Source of the DNA: Neoechinorhynchus agilis
Lineage: Eukaryota > Animalia > Acanthocephala
Direction: 5' to 3'
NCBI GenBank assembly: GCA_051530055.1
Contig: JBMGUZ010000085.1
Location: 1 to 9,447, forward strand
DNA: 9,447 nt
The notes beneath the pieces were generated by a model. That model had not been told where the DNA came from. It saw only the letters and a list, made by a program, of their open reading frames with translations, and made no database searches. The position numbers and the translations under genes were made by a program. Of this stretch, positions 1-8,466 are shown piece by piece. Every line of letters starts with the position of its first letter. Position 1 is the first letter of the stretch.

Positions 1-3000
1 CAAAGAACATTTTAGGACAGATTAAAAAGTTTTTAAATACGATCACTCATTCAGATTGAATTGAGGATTTGAAATAAAAACCTTAGAAGAGCGTAATTAT
101 GAGAACAAATCAGTTTAAGAATCTTCTATTTGTTTACAAGAACGACAAAGAACATTTTAAGACGGATTAAAAGGTTTCTAAATACGATTACTCATTCAGA
201 TTGAATTGAGGATTTGAAAAAAAAACCTTAGAAGAGCGTAATTATGAGAACAAATCAGTTTAAAAATCTTCTATTTGTTAACAAGAACGACAAAGAACAT
301 TTTAAGACGGATTAAAAGGTTTTTAAATACGATCACTCATTCAGATTGAATTGAGGATTTGAAATAAAAACCTTAGAAGAGCGTAATTATGAGAACAAAT
401 CAGTTTAAGAATCTTCTATTTGTTTACAAGAACGACAAAGATCATTTTAAGACGGATTAAAAGGTTTTTTAATACGATCACTCATTCAGATTGAATTGAG
501 GATTTAGAAAAAGACCTTAGAAGAGCGTAATTATGAGAACAAATCAGTTTAAGAATCTTCTATTTGTTTACAAGAACGACAAAGAACATTTTAGGACAGA
601 TTAAAAAGTTTTTAAATACGATCACTAATTCAGATTGAATTGAGGATTTGAAAAAAAAACCTTAGAAGAGCGTAATTATGAGAACAAATCAGTTTAAGAA
701 TCTTCTATTTGTTTACAAGAACGACAAAGAACATTTTAAGACGGATTAAAAGGTTTTTAAATACGATCACTCATTCAGATTGAATTGAGGATTTCAAAAA
801 AAACCTTAGAAGAGCGTAATGATGAGAACAAATCAGTTTAAGAATCTTCTATTTGTTTACAAGAACGACAAACAAAATTTTAAGACAGATTAAAAAGTTT
901 TTAAATACGATCACTCATTCAGATTGAATTGAGGATTTGAAATAAAAACCTTAGAAGAGCGTAATGATGAGAACAAATCAGTTTAAGAATCTTCTATTTG
1001 CTTACAAGAACGACAAAGATCATTTTAAGACGGATTAAAAGGTTTTTAAATACGATCACTCATTCAGATTGAATTGAGGATTTAGAAAAAAACCTTAGAA
1101 GAGCGTAATTATGAGAACAAATCAGTTTAAGAATCTTCTATTTGTTTACAAGAACGACAAAGAACATTTTAAGACAGATTAAAAAGTTTTTAAATACGAT
1201 CACTAATTCAGATTGAATTGAGGATTTCAAAAAAACCTAAGAAGAGCGTAATTATGAGAAGAAATCAGTTTAAGAATCTTCTATTTGTTTACAAGAACGA
1301 CAAAGAACATTTTAGGACAGATTAAAAAGTTTTTAAATACGATCACTCATTCAGATTCAATTGAGGATTTCAAAAAAAAACCTTAGAAGAGCGTAATTAT
1401 GAGAACAAATCAGTTTAAGAATCTTCTATTTGTTAACAAGAACGACAAAGAACATTTTAAGACGGATTAAAAAGTTTTTAAATACGATCACTCATTCAGA
1501 TTGAATTGAGGATTTGAAAAAAAACCTAAGAAGAGCGTAATTATGAGAACAAATCAGTTTAAGAATCTTCTATTTGTTTACAAGAACGACAAAGAACATT
1601 TTAAGACGGATTAAAAAGTTTTTAAATACGATCACTCATTCAGATTGAATTGAGGATTTGAAATAAAAACCTTAGAAGAGCGTAATTATGAGAACAAATC
1701 AGTTTAAGAATCTTCTATTTGTTTACAAGAACGACAAAGAACATTTTAAGACGGATTAAAAGGTTTTTAAATACGATCACCCATTCAGATTGAATTGAGG
1801 ATTTGAAAAAAACCTGAGAAGAGCGTAATTATGAGAACAAATCAGTTTAAGGATCTTCTATTTGTTTACAAGAACGACAAAGATCATTTTAAGACGGATT
1901 AAAAGGTTTTTAAATACGATCACTCATTCAGATTGAATTGAGGATTTAGAAAAAAACCTTAGAAGAGCGTAATTATGAGAACAAATCAGTTTAAGAATCT
2001 TCTATTTGTTTACAAGAACGACAAAGAACATTTTAGGACAGATTAAAAAGTTTTTAAATGCGATCACTCATTCAGATTGAATTGAGGATTTGAAAAAAAA
2101 CCTTAGAAGAGCGTAATTATGAGAACAAATCAGTTTAAGAATCTTCTATTTGTTTACAAGAACGACAAAGAACATTTTAAGACGGATTAAAAGGTTTTTA
2201 AATACGATCACTCATTCAGATTGAATTGAGGATTTCAAAAAAACCTTAGAAGAGCGTAATGATGAGAACAAATCAGTTTAAGAATCTTCTATTTGTTTAC
2301 AAGAACGACAAACAAAATTTTAAGACAGATTAAAAAGTTTTTAAATACGATCACTCATTCAGATTGAATTGAGAATTTGAAATAAAAACCTTAGAAGAGC
2401 GTAATTATGAGAACAAATCAGTTTAAGAATCTTATATTTGTTTACAAGAACGACAAAGAACATTTTAAGACGGATTAAAAAGTTTTTAAATACGATCACT
2501 CATTCAGATTGAATTGAGGATTTGAAAAAAAACCTTAGAAGAGCGTAATTATGAGAACAAATCAGTTTAAGAATCTTCTATTTGTTTACAAGAACGACAA
2601 AGATCATTTTAAGACGGATTAAAAGGTTTTTAAATACGATCACTCATTCAGATTGAATTGAGGATTTAGAAAAAAACCTTAGAAGAGCGTAATTATGAGA
2701 ACAAATCAGTTTAAGAATCTTCTATTTGTTTACAAGAACGACAAAGAACATTTTAGGACAGATTAAAAGGTTTTTAAATACGATTACTCATTCAGATTGA
2801 ATTGAGGATTTCAAAAAAAACCTTAGAAGAGCGTAATTATGAGAACAAATCAGTTTAAGAATCTTCTATTTTTTTACAAGAACGACAAAGAACATTTTAG
2901 GACAGATTAAAAAGTTTTTAAATACGATCACTCATTCAGATTGAATTGAGGATTTGAAAAAAAACCTTAGAAGAGCGTAATGATGAGAACAAATCAGTTT

Positions 3001-3956
3001 AAGAATCTTCTATTTGTTTACAAGAACGACAAACAAAATTTTAAGACAGATTAAAAAGTTTTTAAATACGATCACTCATTCAGATTGAATTGAGAATTTG
3101 AAATAAAAACCTTAGAAGAGCGTAATGATGAGAACAAATCAGTTTAAGAATCTTCTATTTGTTTACAAGAACGACAAACAAAATTTTAAGACAGATTAAA
3201 AAGTTTTTAAATACGATCACTCATTCAGATTGAATTGAGGATTTGAAATAAAAACCTTAGAAGAGCGTAATGATGAGAACAAATCAGTTTAAGAATCTTC
3301 TATTTGTTTACAAGAACGACAAAGAACATTTTAGGACAGATTTAAAAGTTTTTAAATACGATCACTCATTCAGATTGATTTGAGGATTTGAAAAAAAACC
3401 TTAGAAGAGCGTAATTATGAGAACAAATCAGTTTAAGAATCTTCTATTTGTTTACAAGAACGACAAACAAAATTTTAAGACAGATTAAAAAGTTTTTGAA
3501 TACGATCACTCATTCAGATTGAATTGAGGATTTCAAAAAAAAACCTTAGAAGAGCGTAATTATGAGAACAAATCAGTTTAAGAATCTTCTATTTGTTTAC
3601 AAGAACGACAAAGAACATTTTAAGACGGATTAAAAAGTTTTTAAATACGATAACTCATTCAGATTGAATTGAGGATTTGAAATAAAAACCTTAGAAGAGC
3701 GTAATTATGAGAAGAAATCAGTTTAACAATCTTCTATTTGTTTACAAGAACGACAAAGAACATTTTAAGACGGATTAAAAAGTTTTTAAATACGATCACT
3801 CATTCAGATTGAATTGAGGATTTGAAATAAAAACCTTAGAAGAGCGTAATTATGAGAACAAATCAGTTTAAGGATCTTCTATTTGTTTACAAGAACGACT
3901 AACAAAATTTTAAGACAGATTAAAAAGTTTTTAAATACGATCACTCATTCAGATTG
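1..3956. repeat. Tandem satellite, 143-145 bp monomer, 27 full copies plus a 58-bp partial copy; probably continues upstream of the window
   Basis: Monomer starts (CAAAGAACATTTT and variants) at 1, 146, 291, 436, 580, 725, 869, 1014, 1158, 1301 ... 3754, 3899. Monomer 1 is 40/145 G+C. Length variation is confined to the A-tract in GGATTT(G/C/AG)A(n)CC. Similarity ends at CAGATTG (3956). Confidence 0.97.
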
Positions 3957-4543
3957 GAGTTTTAACAAAGGTCTCAAAAAAGTTTGATAATTTAGTAGAA
4001 AACAATCCGAACGAAGAAAACGATGCTGGTAAAAATCGATCAGGAATTATGATACTTCAAGGGCCACACATAGATAATAACTGCGATGACGAACGCAAAA
4101 AACTTACAAGCAATTGACTTTTGCGAGGCTAACGGAAAGGCCGAAAATTTTCAATATAAATCTATTTTCTGAATCAAACATCGCTAATTGAAACTATAAT
4201 GAATTACGGCAAGGATGCTGGGTGATCGCTTTAAAATGCATTGTGCATAATTTAGTTTCCTTGGAAAGTCTCTTTTCCTCCACACCAGGAAAACGTCGCG
4301 ATAAAAAAGAACATTCAATTGGACCTAAAAAATAAAAAAAATCCGGTTAAGCACCACTGATTTAGTATATGGACTAACGAATTGTTTTTGCTCTGGTTCC
4401 TTTAAATGATGTTCCTTTGTAAGTAAAAGCATGTCCGTGCCAGTTAATCAATTCTACGGAACTTGATTGTGTGAAGGTTGTCTGTGGTCAGTGCTGTGAA
4501 AAGAAGTTATTTTTGAGATTTCAATTCAAAAATTATTACAAAA

Positions 4544-5362
4544 TCAAAGGTTCCATCGAGGCTCTTGGCCAGTTACAAGTCTGCCAAACTCTAAAACATC
4601 GATTTTATCGTCGCAGTCGCCATCTACTGATTCAATCATAAGGCCAATTTTTCGTCTTCCAAGCCGATCTCCTTCGCAGTTTGTTGCCGCGCATAGTTCA
4701 TTAATCCCAATTTTCCCACTCTTGTCCACGTCCAACTGATCAAAGGCATTTTGAATCTTCATTCCAACAGTCGGCTTTCGTCTTAATACAAAATCCAGAA
4801 AGTCCTTTGAGTTCATTTCTTCGCATCCTGATAGAAGGAATACAGAGATATCAATCAAGGAATGCAACCATTGTCCCTTCGTACTTTCAACAAAATCTTT
4901 AAGTTCACCAATCGAAATTTTGCCATCTCGATTGACATCGATTTCATCAAATATTTTCTCTATGTACCTATGAGTTTTCTTATTTTGCTCTATTTGACAA
5001 TCCATCAGGTAATTCTCGAAAGGATCAGAACTCGTTCTCGGTGTGTCCTCGGTCATTTGAAGCAATTTCAACGTTCGACTTGGCTGTTTCATTGGACTAA
5101 ATGAATATCTAGCCGATATTCTATCCCAAGCCGATGGAAACGTTGATGACTCGCTGCATGTCTCTGACTGGCGCACTTCAAATGGATTCATAGATCTCTT
5201 TAAATGTTTAAAATCCGCTTCAATTTGCTGGACTATTTCGTCTCGCTCTCCTTCAAAATTGTTGTTCATCGCATCATTTTGCCTTGGAGCATTTTGTTTC
5301 TCACTTTTTAAGTAACAGTCGACAGCACTCATAAAGTTGTTGAGACGTTTGTGATTATCCAT
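4544..5362 (-). CDS. EF-hand calcium-binding protein (calmodulin/CDPK-regulatory-domain-like C-terminus, long Ser-rich N-terminal extension), 272 aa; possibly 312 aa from 5515
   Basis: Canonical EF loops DVNRDGKISIGEL, DVDKSGKIGINEL and DGDCDDKIDVLEF, plus a degenerate second loop (about SGCEEMNSKDF), in paired spacing. TGA stop at 4544-4546. The frame stays open for 40 codons upstream of the listed ATG. Confidence 0.88.
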   Translation of the reverse strand: MDNHKRLNNFMSAVDCYLKSEKQNAPRQNDAMNNNFEGERDEIVQQIEADFKHLKRSMNPFEVRQSETCSESSTFPSAWDRISARYSFSPMKQPSRTLKLLQMTEDTPRTSSDPFENYLMDCQIEQNKKTHRYIEKIFDEIDVNRDGKISIGELKDFVESTKGQWLHSLIDISVFLLSGCEEMNSKDFLDFVLRRKPTVGMKIQNAFDQLDVDKSGKIGINELCAATNCEGDRLGRRKIGLMIESVDGDCDDKIDVLEFGRLVTGQEPRWNL

Positions 5363-5480
5363 TAGTTGATGATTAAATCTACCTTTTAGAAATAATTTTT
5401 CTTGCTCTAACTGGACTTTTGCAAAGAACTTTGCGGTTGCATGGCGACTCGTCGAATTATGATCCTTCTCGTGTTCTGTC

Positions 5481-5513
5481 CTTTATTCCGAGTTATGCCG
5501 TTTGGATTTATAC
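5481..5513 (-). other. Putative 33-nt GT-AG intron interrupting the start codon (AT|G) of the EF-hand gene
   Basis: Minus strand reads AT|GTATAAATCC...GGAATAAAG|G ACA GAA CAC. Removal recreates ATG, deletes an in-frame TAA (5483-5485) and joins in frame to the 272-aa ORF. Confidence 0.4.
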
Positions 5514-5721
5514 ATTCTTTATGTTAGTTTAACAATTTCATTTTCGACCAAGTAAAAAGTGAAGAATTAAGTCTTAAACTACATTCAAACAATTAAAATT
5601 GTGGTGAGCATACTCACCCGAGAATGAAATATTCCAAATAAATAAAATATTTATTGCTCGGGGGACCAATCCTTAAAGACGGAGAGGCATTTCCAGTTGG
5701 TGCTTAAGACGAAACAATGGC

Positions 5722-5727
5722 TTTATT
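5722..5727 (-). promoter_or_regulatory. Candidate AATAAA polyadenylation signal for the proline-rich gene
   Basis: AATAAA on the minus strand about 100 nt after the stop at 5829; a second lies at 5650-5655. The hexamer is common in AT-rich DNA. Confidence 0.3.
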
Positions 5728-5828
5728 GAACGAAATATCGCCAAAAAGGGATTCTATTCTAAACACGAACAACATAATCGTCTGGGACACTTGGAAAGTT
5801 TGAACAATTTAATGACTGGACTCGTTCA

Positions 5829-6716
5829 TTATCGTTCCGAATTTCCTGGAATAACAGAAGTTATACTATAGACTCCTTTAGTTTGATTTACCTTAGAATC
5901 CTTAAAGCAAATTCTTCGTAGTGCCGTCTGAATGGTATTGTGATCCAGAAGGGATGAATGAAATTGACTTTTGTAGGCCACTGGATCAGTGATGCTCACT
6001 CCGAGATCCCGAATTTCTTGGCGGCACTGCGGCGTCCCATCGTAAATAATAAGAATATTCCGCCGCGAGGTCGATGGAGGACACGGTGCCTTTTGATAGA
6101 TGATTATTCGTTTCGAAGATTTGGGATAGGGCATCCATCGTTCAATGTAGATATCTCGTGGCTTCGGTGGCAATGGAGGAAGCCTTTCAACGATAATCCT
6201 TCTTTTTGGTTGTGGAGAAGAAGGCAAGTGGCGGTAAATGATTTGAGGAGCATTTGTCCGGGAAGGAGCTTGAGGAGGACATTCGCGTAAGACGAGTGGT
6301 GGAGGTGTTGGTGGTGGTTTTGGTTGTTGCCGGATGTAGATTGGGGGCGGTGTAGGTCGACGAGGAAGCCTTTTTTCTTGGATGAATATTGGTCCTGCCG
6401 GTGGAAGCTTTGGCGGTTGAAGGTATTTTATATAAACGGTCTGAGTGACCTGTTGAATATCGCCGGTATGCGCTTTTCGGACAATCAAAGGATCGAGATC
6501 GTTCAACATCGCACAGGATTGTGACTCCGTTGATGAACTTTCGTCGGTACTAATCGTCGCTTTTAATGAATCATTATTACCACTTTTAGGTGATTGAATA
6601 TTCTGATTTTCAGAATAGGATCCTTTTTGACCAGCGAAATCTGCTTCGTTCAACTTCGTTTCGTGTAAAATTGTTTCGTTGTATTGATTTATTGGCTCTC
6701 TCATTCGGAGACTCAT
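5829..6716 (-). CDS. Proline-rich uncharacterised protein (alternating PPxP and hydrophobic-basic I/V-I-R/E segments, IERWMPY motif), 295 aa
   Basis: Uninterrupted ATG-initiated ORF ending TAA TGA. Periodic blocks: YLQPPKLPPAGPIFIQ, PTPPPIYIRQQ, PTPPPLVLRECPPQ, IIVERLPPLPPKPRDIYIERWMPY, then IRDLGVSITDPVAY. Confidence 0.88.
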   Translation of the reverse strand: MSLRMREPINQYNETILHETKLNEADFAGQKGSYSENQNIQSPKSGNNDSLKATISTDESSSTESQSCAMLNDLDPLIVRKAHTGDIQQVTQTVYIKYLQPPKLPPAGPIFIQEKRLPRRPTPPPIYIRQQPKPPPTPPPLVLRECPPQAPSRTNAPQIIYRHLPSSPQPKRRIIVERLPPLPPKPRDIYIERWMPYPKSSKRIIIYQKAPCPPSTSRRNILIIYDGTPQCRQEIRDLGVSITDPVAYKSQFHSSLLDHNTIQTALRRICFKDSKVNQTKGVYSITSVIPGNSER

Positions 6717-7034
6717 TTTTTGTTTCTCAAATCTTTATGTTCGACTTCTCTTAACGGACTGAAATATACAGCAAACTCTTTTCAGTTTTATGAACATTTA
6801 ATTGTTCAACGCTACATAAAGAAAGCGTCAAAGATAAATATTTGATACGCAAATTGAAAATGTTGACAAATGCATAGTTTGTATCGATTTAATGAGCGTA
6901 AAAAATCTTTGATTCACGAGATCACCCTTTTCGGCTCTTGTAAAGTTTAACGAGTTTAAAATGAAATGTAGAAAAGTGCACACCATTTGATTTCAAGAAT
7001 TTTTTGGCTAAGGTCTTTGGTGGCGGTTGGCCTT

Positions 7035-7055
7035 CTGAAATTTTAATTTCCATAC
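7035..7055 (-). other. Putative 21-nt GT-AG mini-intron (GTATGGAAATTAAAATTTCAG)
   Basis: It sits at the same position as the repeated donor (GAT G|GTATGG versus GAA G|GTAAGG) and ends in TTTCAG. It is followed by a 37-codon open frame to TGA at 6922-6924. It is in-frame and stop-free, so it could also be translated. Confidence 0.4.
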
Positions 7056-8466
7056 CATCGGTCAATCGCGAGGTCAAAGCTACAGGTCTATCAGATCGGG
7101 GGGGATCCGGTGCTGTTTAACAACGACGAGCAAGTCTTCGATTGAAGGCCACTGGTTGTAATGGACAATAACAAAGAAAAGGATCCATGTATCTTTGGGT
7201 CCTCATGAACACTCGAATTTGTAGGAGAGATTCTTAGGTTGTGAGGCTGGATCTCTCCTCCTGTTCACGATAATTTAAATTTTGATGTCCAAACAGTTTT
7301 TTTAGCTTTGTTTCGTTTTTTGTGGTAGAATTGTTCTCGGTCCGTTAGTTCTCCAAATTCAATTTCCTTACCTTCGGTCAATCGCGAGGTCAAAGCTACA
7401 GGTCTATCAGGTCGGGGGGATCCGGTGCTGCTTAACAACGACGAGCAAGTCTTCGTTTGAAGGCCACTGGTTGTAATGGACAATAACAAAGAAAAGGATC
7501 CATGTATCTTTGGGTCCTCATGAACACTCGAATTTGTAGGAGAGATTCTTAGGTTGTGAGGCTGGATCTCTCCTCCTGTTCACGATAATTTAAATTTTGA
7601 TGTCCAAACAGTTTTTTAGCTTTGTTTCGTTTTTTGTGGTAGAATTGTTCTCGGTCCGTTAGTTCTCCAAATTCAATTTCCTTACCTTCGGTCAATCGCG
7701 AGGTCAAAGCTACAGATCTATCAGGTCGGGGGGATCCGGTGCTGTTTAACAACGACGAGCAAGTCTTCGTTTGAAGGCCACTGGTTGTAATGGACAATAA
7801 CAAAGAAAAGGATCCATGTATCTTTGGGTCCTCATGAACACTCGAATTTGTAGGAGAGATTCTTAGGTTGTGAGGCTGGATCTCTCCTCCTGTTCACGAT
7901 AATTTAAATTTTGATGTCCAAACAGTTTTTTAGCTTTGTTTCGTTTTTTGTGGTAGAATTGTTCTCGGTCCGTTAGTTCTCCAAATTCAATTTCCTTACC
8001 TTCGGTCAATCGCGAGGTCAAAGCTACAGATCTATCAGGTCGGGGGGATCCGGTGCTGTTTAACAACGACGAGCAAGTCTTCGTTTGAAGGCCACTGGTT
8101 GTAATGGACAATAACAAAGAAAAGGATCCATGTATCTTTGGGTCCTCATGAACACTCGAATTTGTAGGAGAGATTCTTAGGTTGTGAGGCTGGATCTCTC
8201 CTCCTGTTCACGATAATTTGAATTTTGATGTCCAAACAGTTTTTTTAGCTTTGTTTCGTTTTTTGTGGTAGAATTGTTCTCGGTCCGTTAGTTCTCCAAA
8301 TTCAATTTCCTTACCTTCGGTCAATCGCGAGGTCAAAGCTAAGGATCCGGTGCTGCTTAACAACGACGAGCAAGTCTTCGTTTGAAGGCCACTGGTTGTA
8401 ATGGACAATAACAAAGAAAAGGATCCATGTATCTTTGGGTCCTCATGAGCACTCGAATTTGTAGGA
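7035..8466. repeat. Tandem repeat of 314/315 bp, about 4.5 near-identical copies
   Basis: CCTTCGGTCAATCGCGAGG recurs at 7371, 7685, 7999 and 8314, with a variant at 7055. The last copy has an 18-bp deletion and breaks off after GTAGGA (8466). Confidence 0.97.

Noticed and set aside
93-113. 21-nt (93-113, GTAATT...CAG) and 26-nt (29-54) GT-AG segments in each monomer as separate mini-introns
   Set aside because: Removing either or both does not give a stop-free, frame-preserving repeat in the plus-strand frames I translated.
1-3956. CRISPR array
   Set aside because: No unique spacers: whole monomers are repeated. The context is eukaryotic and no cas-like ORFs are present.
1-3956. Unspliced 48-aa coding repeat (144 bp)
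   Set aside because: All plus-strand frames contain conserved stops in the standard code, many units have an in-frame TGA even if TAR is read as Gln, and 143/145-bp units shift frame.
4419-4640. Plus-strand 25-nt GTAAGT...CAG segment and Cys-rich frame (CPC...CVKVVCGQCC)
   Set aside because: No ATG-initiated frame of useful length results from splicing, and the Cys-rich frame lacks a start and runs antisense into the EF-hand gene.
4862-5104. 80-aa plus-strand ORF
   Set aside because: Entirely antisense to the well-supported EF-hand CDS, with no recognisable motif.
5603-5618. Small palindrome GGTGAG-CATA-CTCACC with a minus-strand GTGAGT donor-like site
   Set aside because: Six-bp arms are expected by chance, and no open exon chain links it to the EF-hand ORF.
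5958-6524. Plus-strand ORFs 5958-6290 and 6324-6524
   Set aside because: Antisense shadows of the proline-rich CDS (Gly/Trp/Arg-rich from complementary Pro codons).
7056-8466. Plus-strand reading of the 314-bp repeat with TGA as Trp
   Set aside because: It still contains TAG stops, the 314-bp units break frame, it is the in-register antisense of the open minus frame, and TGA is used as stop by the EF-hand gene.
7035-8466. Transposon or MITE origin of the 314-bp unit
   Set aside because: No terminal inverted repeats, target-site duplications, poly(A) tail or transposase/RT motifs visible.
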